Source: Azolla caroliniana
Lineage: Eukaryota; Plantae; Polypodiophyta
Direction: 5' to 3'
NCBI GenBank assembly: GCA_043228905.1
Contig: JBHGNT010000002.1
Coordinates: 11,408,001-11,472,000 of the forward strand
DNA: 64,000 bases
This document shows positions 50,201 to 60,930 of this stretch, piece after piece. The position numbers and the translations under genes are program-made. Each line of letters starts with the position of its first letter. Position 1 is the stretch's first letter. The notes under the pieces were generated by a model. That model made no database searches. It was not told the DNA's origin and was given only the letters and a program-made list of their open reading frames with translations.

Positions 50201-51515
50201 TGATGTCCTATTGTTTCTATTAGAAACCGTGTCGTGGCAAGAAACAAGGAGAAGTTAAGGATATACACGATTTCCCGACATCCTTCCTTGCACATCTCGA
50301 GCGAGCCAGAAAAGTAAAGGATTGTCACTTAGTAAAGGCATACGAAATGGAGGAAGATGGCTCCTTTAAAAAATTTAGCCACAAAAAAGATATTACGAGA
50401 GATCTTTACTACAATGTGGTTTGCGGCGATGTCGTCGACTTGATCCAAAAAGTGCCAAAGAAGGAATATACACTAATGATTGCGGATATTCCTTACGGAT
50501 TTTGAATGGTTGGGTCATCATACGATGATGAACCGTTTAGGTTTAAACAGTTGGAGAAGATGGTCAAGGATTTCGCTGAGCTAACGACTGCATCCTTGTG
50601 GCGAATAGTTGTCTTTCATAGTATGGACCAAGGGTACTCGGTAGCTCAAGCTTTGAGATTTCGTTGCCATGGCATCGAGAACCTTGCATGGTAAGGATTA
50701 TTTATAGGTGTCATTCACTATATTGCATTTCTTAAGGTTGTTCAATCTATTCTTAACTCGATGTATTATTTTTTATAGGATAAAAACCAATGTAAATAGA
50801 GGGCCAAGTTTTCGGTTCGTTAATGCCATTAAATACATCACAGTTGGCTACTTCGATGAAATTAAGAAACAAAGAATCAAGGAGCATTCTAATGAAGTGG
50901 GAGGTTCAAATCTGCTGGTATATCCAGCAGTGACACGGAAATTGCGACATGTCACCACGATAGAACGGGAACTTGTCAACCCATATCAAAAACCTCAACG
51001 ACTTATGATGCGCTTGATCGAGATGTTTTCTATCGAAGGAGACTGGATATTAAATCTCTTTTCTGGCACAGGTATTCCTCGAACTAGGGTAACGATCTTG
51101 AGATAACCAATACCGAATCTTTTTTGTTTGACAACTAATTCTTCTTGTTACTTTCTTCACAGGAACGACGTCTGCATGTGCATTGAAGCTCTTTAGAAAT
51201 ACAGTTGCATTGGAGAAGGACAAGGAGCAGGTTATATTTATAAATATGAGGATTAAGGCTTTGTGGGAGTGCCCAGACCATGAGGAGGAGGTCGGTGCAA
51301 AGAACCTCGCTAATATAGAAAGGTTTCAACTTGCTTCGCGAGAGCCTATTCCTCCGTTAGCTAGCGAACCGGGGGAGCTAATAGAGCTTGATGATGAGCT
51401 TATAGAAGATATTTCGTTGGCTCGGCTAACAGGGGAAGCCAATGCACGTATAGCCGAAGAGAGTTCTACACAAGATGATGAAGAAAATGACATTGATGAA
51501 TTGATTGCTATGTAA
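47284..51515 (+). pseudogene. Six-exon gene: ParB/Srx-like domain + beta-class N6-adenine/N4-cytosine DNA methyltransferase (exons 47284-47318, 48311-49925, 50002-50140, 50224-50690, 50779-51071, 51163-51515)
   Basis: All five introns splice in phase (four GT-AG, one donor mutated to AT). Spliced product has VVCGDVVDLIQKVP...LMIADIPYG (motif IV), W.K, NPYQKPQRLMMRLIEMFS.EGDWILNLFSGTGTTSACALKLFRNTVALEKD (motif I) and an N-terminal YFVIGGSHSTEA. One frameshift (~48420) and two TGA stops (48628, 50503). Confidence 0.85.
47367..47864. repeat. Array of ten ~51-bp units with palindromic core GGAACTCGATACG(C/G)CGTATCGAGTTCC, inside intron 1
   Basis: Cores start at about 47367, 47418, 47469, 47520, 47571, 47622, 47683, 47734, 47785 and 47836. 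The linkers are near-constant. Confidence 0.95.
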
Positions 51516-51982
51516 TAGACTCTATGAAGAAAATGACACTGACAATTTGTTTGGATTTCACATTATTAATACAAATTTTGGGTTTTACTTGGTGGATTCT
51601 ATTCTTTATAATCTTTTATATGTTTCAATTTTATTTTTATATACTTGGTTAGTAGACTTATGACATTGGTTTCACCGCGTGCATAGCTAACTACCAAATT
51701 TATGGAGAAACATGAATTAGTTAAAATTGAGGCTGATTTTGGTCCAAGCTAACCTTAACATAACATGGTCGTACAATTGTTGCCATGACTGTCCATGTTG
51801 TTATTATGGATCTTTGTCTTCTATTATTAAAACTATTATGTTTCTATTCCATCGCTGCTTAGATTGTGTAGTGTGTTAATAATGGTTCCACTAGTGTTAT
51901 CCGCATGTTTTTATACGCTTGTAGTTCCACTTGCATTATCGTTCGGAGTTTGATCATGTGTGAATCACCTAAGCAATAGAGT

Positions 51983-52223
51983 AGATCAATTTTAAATACA
52001 AGTATGAAAGCCTTAATAGGTTTGTTATTTCCACGACATTATCCTAAAGTTCATTGCCTTACATTGTCCACAATTATATACATATGGTTTGATCCCATAC
52101 GAACAAACTGAGGAATAGATTAGATCAACTTTAAATACAAGTATTGAATACTTAAATAAGTTAGTTATTCCAATCACATTATCCTAAAGTTCACTATCCT
52201 ACATTGTCCACAATTATATACAT
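51983..52223 (+). repeat. ~138-bp-period imperfect tandem duplication in the subterminal region
   Basis: TAGATCAA.TTTAAATACAAGTAT...CATTATCCTAAAGTTCA...TACATTGTCCACAATTATATACAT occurs twice. Confidence 0.8.
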
Positions 52224-55200
52224 GCACGTATGGGTCAAAGTATAAATTATAACTCATTTTATTAGTATGGATACAAGTACACCTCATATTTTTGTAAACC
52301 TTACCATATTAATATAAGTCTTTAACTTAGTGTTTCCCTTGTTGTACATTAGTGACATATTAAGCCATTGTTGAACTTTATTATGCCTACATTAACTTAT
52401 CAACACGTCCAAACTTGCATGATTTCTAACGATCTCCACTCGTAGACCTATCATGTATTTTTATATTTGCAAATTCTAATCAATTTGAGGAACATGTGAT
52501 ACTAGTGCATCCAATTTTTGTAGAGAGGGTGTGTTTGCTTCGTTTCAAGAAGATTCTACAAGTGGAATGCACAATCTTTCCACTAGTAATAACAATTTAT
52601 CATAGATTGGAAGAGATAGATTATATAAAACTTCGTGAATCCCACGAGTATAGTTTATCAATTGGTGTTCTAGAAAATATGTCCAATTTCCAAATATTCC
52701 ACACACCCCATTACATTGAGCTCCCCATCCTTATATAGTGATGAGAGAGTCTTAACAATCCATGCTTTTTCTATAGATAGACTCTATGCTTTTTCTAAAG
52801 TGATCCTACTTTTTCTAATTTGATGCATATTTTTTGGTGTTCATGCACGCTACATGTGCATGCGTAGCTTTTTCTTTTATCATGCGTTTTCTTCTAACTA
52901 AAGTTTATCCTAACGTGAACTTACCTTTCTATGTGGGACGTTTTACCTTTTTAACACTAATGATATGTTAGTGTAATGGTAAGGTTTTACATTATTAACA
53001 TGGAGGTATAGGGTTTGAATCTTGCCTTATGCATGTAACAATCTTTTCTTTTATTTACAATTTTGTCTCTTCATCCGGTGAGAGGCTCTCACCGGCCTTC
53101 TTCATCCGGTTCTTGCTGGTTTTCTTTATCTGTCTCTTGTCGGGTCTCCTTACCAGGTTCAGTCCTTACCGGTTCCTCCTTTCGGTTCTCACCGGGTACT
53201 CCATGTCCTATCCGAAGAGACCAAAAATGTAATTTTTCACGTAGTGTGTGAATTACACTACGACAACGCGCCGGAGTCGATGTACCACACCTCGTCAGAC
53301 TTCGGGGTGATCTTCTTCATCGAGTTTGCTTCGTGTCTCGTCACAAAGACTGACCCTTTTTCGAATCCTTCCACGTAGTGCAATCGCTGCCGATTTCCTT
53401 TGTCGGTCTATCCGGAACCCGATCCGGACCCGGTTCTCTCTGAATTAGCGCGCTTTTTCCAGCACTTGCTCTCCCTGTGGCCTTTCTTGCCACAGTACTA
53501 GAATTCCGTGATGGATTTCCCATGCCGGTTCTCGTCGCCCCAACTCCCCCTATTTCCGGAGGGTCTGGAATTGCTATCGGCATCACTTCGGTGCCTTCTT
53601 CCTTGATCTCGTCGGTCGCCCCCATTGCGCATCGACTTGCCTCGTCCACCATGACCACGGGGCCTATCTCCCTCTGTGTACAGCATCTTGTTGTCGGCAT
53701 GTGTGCTCGTTGATGCACCCGCGTGGTTCTCCTCTATAAGGAGCATCGACTGTAAGTCGAAAAATGACGGCGTATTCTCCCATGTACACACGACAATTCG
53801 GAACGCTCCGAACTTCGACGTTAGTCCCCCGAGACAGATCTACACCATCTCGCCTTCCTCGACATTCACATCGATGGAGGCTAAGGAGTCGCATATATCT
53901 TTGATCTTCGAGGTGTAATCAGCCACTGACAAATCGCATTGTCGGAGTTGAAGCTTTCTGGCTGTAGTGCTTGTGGAGAAAATCTTCTTCAAATTTCCCC
54001 AAGCATCTTTCGGCGTTTTTGCATCCCGAATGTAGCTTAGGAGTTGTTCGCCCACACAAGACGCGAAGCAGTACAGTACTCTGCTCGCCGACTATTCCCA
54101 CGCCGGGAAATCTCTATGTGTCGATTCGGGTGCTGTGTCATTTGCTTCGTCGACATAGCTCCAATAACCGTGCCCGAGCAGGTACTGGTGCATCTTGTAG
54201 GACCAAGATGCGTAGTTGTTTCTGTCGAGCTTCTCGGTAGGAAGCGAGCTAGCCATGCCTCTATCCATTTTGTTTTTTTTTTGTTCTTCTTGGTTAATTT
54301 TCTTTTCAAGCTATGTCGGCTGCAGAGGTTCTCAACCCTCGCGCTCTGATACCATGAAAAAGATTATGTGCGGAAGCAATAGAAAATTGAACACAGAAAA
54401 TAGGCAGGTTTAATGGAGAGCTTGAATATACATAGTACGCGGGAGAGACAGAGAGAACACACAAAAACTAAATTCAGAAAATAATACTCAATCTGTACAT
54501 AGAATGTGCTCAATGAGCACTTTTATACAAGTCCATACGAACTGACAGAAGTATTGACACATACTTCAATGCTCATAACTAAGCTCTACACTAACTCCCA
54601 AAATATATTCCTACGCAGAATATCTTTCCAACGGCCTCACGGTTTACGCATCGCTACGGCTTCTCGTTACACATCGTTTTACATAACAGTTTACGCACCC
54701 ATTTTACACACCGGTCCGGCTTGACCGATCGGCCCCAACCGATCCGGTTCTCTTCTTACATAGTCGATCCGGCCAATGTTGAGCTTGTATCTCAACACAG
54801 CCTGCACCTCGAGCACCTCTATGAGGATGCCCGGTGTCGCTACCCGAGGGAACCCAACCAGACGCCTCTCCTCCGGGATGTCCCTCATCACCATTTCGGC
54901 CCGGTAGGCCACCAAATAACTCGTGGCGTCCTTCCCATCGAACCGGCCTATTGTGCCGACAATTGCTTCGATGGCCCTGTCGAGGGCGCCCGTGCCCTCG
55001 CGAGCACTTACTATCTGATCGACTACTACCGCTATGGCTTCGGCGAGCTCTGATCCCCTCATTTTTTATTCCTCTGCCACCTTAATTCACGTCGGGTTCA
55101 CCAAATTAGTGTCGTGTTGTTACGCTCACGCGTATGAAATAAGGCGGGACCACGAGGGCCCTGAACCAAGGAGCATGAGAGATAAGAGGAAGAGAGATTC

Positions 55201-58200
55201 GCAAGAACACAGAGAGATAGAAACGAAAGAATCAATTTCAATAACAATATAGATTACAACTTGCAATGTTACAACCGGCAAGCCGGTGACAGACGAACAC
55301 CCGCACTGAAATACGTGGTGGAGCCTCTACCGGAAGCACGCAGGCTTTCATGCAACAGAGGCAACCAAGCTAACCCAAAATCCCTACAACAATGATGGTG
55401 GAGGAGAGAGCTTGGTTTCCAGTCCGACAACACTTCGTCCTCTCAAAAAAAAAAACGCACCATCCCCACTCTCCCCTTTTTCCTCTCCTTTTATAGCACA
55501 AGGAGAGAGAGTCATTACAGACTGTTACATCACTTTTATTCTCTATCCTTCCAGACAGAGATCCTCCTCGATCCCCTACTTAACGAATTCATGCTACCTA
55601 GGATAATTACATCGTCGATTGTACTTAACTATGTAAATACATCAAAACATGTGCTCGTGTGTAAGGGCCGGTTCACGCACACTACCCACCGATTCCTCCT
55701 AGGGACGGTTTTCTCCACAAAAGCGTGAACCGTCTCCTCGGTTCCTTACGCGGGGAGAGCACGGTAGAGTCTCCACTACTTGTCGGTTCTTCATCCATCC
55801 GACTGGTCATCTCGACTCAGCCGCTCATTTGGTCCACTTAGCCATAATGAGATCGGACTCTCTTCTAGAGTGCCGAAGTCTTCATCTTCTACTTGAACCT
55901 CTCCCGGTTCACTAGCGTCATCCTCCGGAATCGAGTCTTCGTTTGGAGTTGGAGTCGGTAGGGAGTACCATGATGCCGACTCATCAAACTCGAACCTATT
56001 TAGTCTGGGGGTTATAACACCTATACCCCTTCTGTTCATGCGAGTAGCCGACAAGTATGCACTTCTCCGACTTCGGATCCAGCTTCCTCCGCTTCTCATT
56101 CGGTACATGCACATATGCTACGCTACCGAATATCCGAAGGTGCCTCAAATTCAGCTTTCGTCCGAAATACAGCTCATGTGCTGACACCTTGTCTCCGATC
56201 GGGTTTTGGATGTAGACGATTGTCCAGACCGCCTCAGCCTAGTAGAATTCGGGCATGCTTTCCTTCTCCAACATTGCCCTTGCCGCATCGACAATAAACT
56301 GGTTCTTTCTCTCCGAATTCCGTTCTACTGTAGATAACTGTTGAATTGGCCGGAAAAGTATTCTTTTCCACCATCCGACCGCAAGCACTTGATCTTCCTC
56401 TCTATTTCCCGTTCAACTAAGCTTTGCAAGTTCCGGAAATATTCGAAAACTTCACTCTTCCGTTCGATGAGGTAGATCCACATGTGCCGGCTATAGTCGT
56501 CGATGAAGGAGACGAAGTATCGACTCCCGCCAAGACTAACGTTCTGTGTCGGTCCCCATACATCCGAATGTATTAGATCGAGCTTGTTACAACTCTGGTT
56601 TTGTTTGGTGGGGAATGGAAGCCGGTGTTGCTTCCCGAGTTGGAAGGCTTCACAAATTTCGGTCTTCCGACCGCTAAATTTTGGCAAACCAAAAACAACT
56701 TGTTTCGATTGCAAGTCCTGAAGCCTCCGATAGTTGACGTTGCCAATCCGCTTATGCTAGAGATCGATGTTTGATTCAATCTTCAATCTTTTGGCAAACA
56801 TGGCGGTGCCAACGTCATTTGTGTTGAGGATGAACATCCTCCCTTCCCTGCGCCCTTGCGCGATTATCTGGCCCTCTTCCTCGATGAAGCACCCGAGGTG
56901 CGTAAACCACACCTGCATCCCCTAGTCGACGATTTGTCCAACTGACACCGGGTTCTTTGTAATAGTTGGAACATGTAGTACGTTCATCAGCTTCCCCTTT
57001 TGTCCAACATGGCTTAAAGGGACTTCTCCAACATGCACAATTGGGTGAGGGGTGTCGTCTCCGGTTTCGACAATCCCCGATTGTTCTGGTTTTTCCAAAA
57101 AAGAGAACCACTCTTCATGGCTCATCATGTGGTTGGATGCTCCGGAATCAACATACCATACTTCCTCCAATTTGGACGTAGTCTTCTTCATCGAGTTAGC
57201 CTTGTGTTTCACGAAGGCTGGCCCTTTACTGGTCTTCCCAGTTCTAGATCCTTCCGATCCTTCTGCGTAGTGCGAGCTTTGCCGCTTTTCCCAACCGGCT
57301 TTGCCGGATCCGGATTTGTCCAAATCGGCGCGCTTCTTCCAACACTCGCTTTCCCTGTGGACCTTTTTGCAACAATACCAACATTCTGTGTCAGCTTTTC
57401 CTTGCCGACTTCCGGCGCCGCTTTGACTCCCCCTGCTTGTGGAGGGTCCGGAACTGTTGTCAGCACTACCTCTGTGCCTTCAATCCTGCTCTTGTCGGCC
57501 GCCTCCATTGCATGTCGACCCACCTCGTCCACCATGTCCATGGGGCCGATCTATCTTCGTGTACAACATCCGGTCGTCCAATTGAGTGGTCTTGGACCCA
57601 CTCGTGTGGTTTTCTTCAATCATCAGCATTGATTGCAAGTCGAAGTAGGACGGTGGCTTCTCCCGGGTGCAGATCGTTGTCCGGATTGGCCCGTACCTTT
57701 GCACTAGACCACCGAGGCAGATTTGTACCATCTCATATTCGTCCACCGTCATGTTGATGGACCCGAATGTGTCACAAATCTCCTTTATCTTGGTGGTGTA
57801 ATACGTAACCAACATGTCTCTTTTCCAGATGTTGTTCAGCTCTTGCCGGAGCTGCAACTTACGGCTTGTGGTACTCGCGGCGAAAATCTTCCGTTGATTT
57901 TCCTAGGCCTCCATCGGCGTCTTTGCATCCTTTATGTAGCCGAGCATCTGATCGTGCACACAAGATGCGAGGCAGTACAATACTCGGCTCGCTCCTTGCT
58001 CCCGTACCGGGAAGACATTGTGTGTCGGCTCCAGTGCTAACTCATTAGTTCCTTCCTCGTAGCTCCAATAACCATGCCCCAACCAGTGCTAGTGCATTTT
58101 ATATGACCAGGACGCATAGTTGCTCCGGTCGATCTTCTCTGTTGGAAGTAAACTCACCATACCTCTGTCCATACCTTTCTCTGTTAGTTGTTACCGGTTA

Positions 58201-58370
58201 TTAGTGTTTGTCTTCGAAAGCGTCTGTCGATTGCAGAGGTTCTCAACCCTCACGCTCTGATACCATGTAAAACTTGGCGTGTGGAAGCGTTAGACAAACC
58301 GTCTCGGCAAGATAGCAACAGAAAATGAGAAAATGTTTAATGGAGAACTTAACACAGAGAATATGCGTGG

Positions 58371-58422
<52 letters not shown>

Positions 58423-60930
58423 AGAACATAAACTCAATTCAAAATATCACTCTGAAAACTTTCTACATACAACGTGCTAAACAACACTATTTATACAAGT
58501 CCTCAAAAGGACTGACTAAAGTACTATGTACTTCAATGCTCATACGAGCGACTCACACTAACTATGAGACAATGATTACCTAATAGTCTAGGCTACTACT
58601 AGGCTTCTGATTCGCACTCGAATCTGGCTCTCCGATCCGTCTCCCCAATCCGACCGGTTGTTTCCGGATACCAATCCGACTCATTCTCCCGGATGTCGAT
58701 CTGGCTCTGGCTTATTCGGCCAATCCGGATCCAGTTGAGCTTGCTCGCTCAACACTTATCTTGGACATCTCATAACCGAATGAGGAGTTGAAATTGATCA
58801 TTCTCGCATCGAGAAAATCAAGCTTTCACCCACTCTTTGGAATATTCGAGAAGTTCGATCATTCCTTGGTTTTGTCAGGTTTTTGCGAAAATTCCTTCGT
58901 GATTACTCCCAATTGACGACATCGTTTACTGATCTTCTAAAAGGTCAAACCCGTAAGTCTACAAAACCTATTGTGTGGGATGCTACACTAAACCTCGCCT
59001 TTAAGGAACTCAAGGACCTGGTGTGCAAGGCTCCTTCGTTTCTTTTACCTGATCCTTACCTTTTGAAGTTGGAACCGATGCAAGCGATTATGCTATAGGT
59101 GTTGTCTTATATCAAGATGGTAAACCAATAGCATTCGAGAGTAAGAAACTTGATTCTGCTCAATCTCAGTATACGGTTCAAGAAAAGGAATTATTTGCAG
59201 TTATACATGCGCTCAAAACATGGCGCCATTATCTTTATGGAAATCGTTTTGTGGTAACTACGGACTACGAGTCCTTGAAATATTTCTGTGACCAAAAGAC
59301 CTGAAAGGTTGTAACGCATGATGGGCTGATCTCATCCAGGACTTTGATTTTTCCATACGATATCGTAAAGGTTCCATGAACACTGTCGTTGATGCACTAA
59401 GTCGCATCCGTGAAGTTCACATGCTTACCTTCACTGAAATAACATCATATCTTTATGATCACCTTCGAGGAATGTATCTTGATGACAGCTATTTTGCGAA
59501 ATACTGGGCAAGAGTTGAGTTTGGAATAAACACCACCACATCCTCGAAGGAATCCTTCCACATTGCTAACGGTCTGCTCTACTGTAATGGGAAGGTTTGT
59601 GTTCTAGATTTGCCTGAGGTCAAAAAGAGAATTCTTTTTGAATGCCATGATGCACCCTCTGCAGGGCACCCTGGAATACATCGTACACTTGTTCTCATCT
59701 CCACTCAATTCTATTGGCCTAAGATGCGTCATGACATACGTAGCTATGTGACTAAATGTCACCAATGTCAGGTTAACAAAGTCGAGCGACTTAAAGCCGT
59801 AGGACTTTTACATCCCTTGGACATTCCCAATAATAAGTGGGAAAGTATATCCATGGATTTTATTGTTAGCCTTCCTCGCACCCAAAAAGGCCATGATGTC
59901 GTCTGGGTTGTGGTTGATAGGCTAACTAAAATGGCCAGATTTATTGCTACTAAAACCACGATAACAGCACTTGAATTGGCTTACCAGTTCGTTGATGAGT
60001 TATTTCGTTTTTATGGGTTACCGATGGATATCGTGAGTGATCTAGATCCAAAGTTTACTAGTGACTTTTGGATGCAAGTCTTTAAGAAGTTAGAAACTAC
60101 GTTGAGCATGAGCTCCACAGATCATCCTCAATCCGATGAAGAGACAAAACGAGTAAATCAAATTATTGAGGACATGCTTCAAGCATATGTCGGTGCAAAA
60201 CCAACAAAATGGGAACATTGTCTCCCAATTTTGGAGTTTGCTTATAACAGCTCCAAGCATACGTCGACGGGATATAGTCCTTTTATGTTGATGTATGGTT
60301 TTCAGCCATGAGCCCCGATTGATGTTAATATACATCATGATGAGTTGCGAAGTACGCAAAACATTCTTCAGGACATGGGAACACGAAAATACTCTTAGAA
60401 CTAACTTCCCTAACTTTCCATTCCAAGAGTGCAATGTTTTAAAGAGGGGGGAGTATGTTACGGGCACGACCATATAATATCCTGTGGTGAGAATTTACCG
60501 TAGTATTCTATACACGTGGATAAGTGTGAGGGTTAAACGAGAGTGTAAAGAAGGGGAGGATTACTTTTAATCCTCGGGATTGCGACAACTTATTAGGCCA
60601 AGTGTGAACTTGCATGGGGGCCTTGGGTATCGTTATAAATATGAGGCCTAACTACCCTCATTTGATCATATCTTGACTACGTTGAGACTCTGTTTCGTGG
60701 TGGGTCAACTTTTGTTGCGAGCACGCCAGCACCAGGTACGACTCAACGCCACGGCGATGGTATGGGATGCCGATCGAGGCTCGAGTCCATCTCAATCCCT
60801 TCACTCGGGGGTGGTCAGGTGGATCGACACCCTTCTTTCTCTCTCTCCTTTTTATCTATCTATGTTTTATCCTTATCATATGCTTACTTTAGATCATAAC
60901 TCTAACAACTAGGACCGTAGGCCTCTAACA

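Larger units (their letters stand above)
43513..52588. mobile_element. ~9.1-kb TIR DNA transposon carrying a transposase and a ParB-like/DNA amino-methyltransferase gene, inserted in an LTR
   Basis: The LTR sequence stops at ~43494 and resumes at ~52588. The ends ACAAGTGGAAGGATCGCGCAT (43514-43534) and ATGCACAATCTTTCCACTAGT (52567-52587) are inverted with 17/21 identity. No clear TSD. Confidence 0.8.
40419..53265 (-). mobile_element. Non-autonomous Gypsy element (3' LTR 40419-41246; 5' LTR split into 43326-43494 + 52588-53265; tRNA-Trp PBS 43304-43321; gag remnant only)
   Basis: TGTCG/CGACA ends, TSD ATGT/ACGC, PBS complementary to TTCACGTCGGGTTCACCA, PPT at ~41247-41260 and a degenerate gag at 42277-43200. 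No pol. Confidence 0.88.
36239..54797 (-). mobile_element. Ty1/Copia element (3' LTR 36239-36681, 5' LTR 54355-54797, PBS 54342-54354), split in its protease by Gypsy 40419-53265
   Basis: LTR pair and a perfect TSD CAGCC (36234-36238 / 54798-54802). DSGASNH is restored across the insertion. Confidence 0.92.
27282..55722 (-). mobile_element. Ty3/Gypsy element (LTRs 27282-27905 and 55110-55722, tRNA-Trp PBS ~55086-55103) with nested insertions
   Basis: Homologous LTRs and a perfect TSD GCGT (27278-27281 / 55723-55726). Pol 28000-30885, PR/gag 33847-36238 and gag N-terminus 54798-55062, all homologous to the 9270-16362 element. Confidence 0.9.
19961..58754 (-). mobile_element. Ty1/Copia element (3' LTR 19961-21434, 5' LTR 58266-58754, PBS 58253-58265) containing nested insertions
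   Basis: Homologous LTRs and a 5-bp TSD CTTGT (19956-19960) / CTTAT (58755-58759). Gag-PR-IN at 55723-58170 and RNase H at ~21990-22373. Confidence 0.88.
19323..60930 (+). mobile_element. Chromovirus-like Ty3/Gypsy element (RT 19323-19960; RT/RH/IN 58755-60440; 3' LTR ~60456-60907/60930), outermost host of the nest
   Basis: [19 protein letters not shown]...MPFGLTNA...LDDILVY continues across the 38.8-kb insertion as SITYLGH. Integrase 59376-60311, chromodomain remnant TWEHENTL and PPT AAGAGGGGGGAG. Confidence 0.88.

Noticed and set aside
47284-51515. Bacterial contamination or a restriction-modification operon
   Set aside because: The gene has spliceosomal introns in consistent phase and is embedded in a plant LTR whose sister copy shows the empty site.
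43495-52588. Helitron
   Set aside because: The hairpin and CTAG at the right end are suggestive, but no Rep/helicase motifs are seen and the element encodes a DDE-like protein with inverted termini.
43513-52588. Canonical CACTA/EnSpm element
   Set aside because: The ends resemble CACTA, but neither is a perfect match, there is no 3-bp TSD, and I see no TnpD/Transposase_21 motifs.
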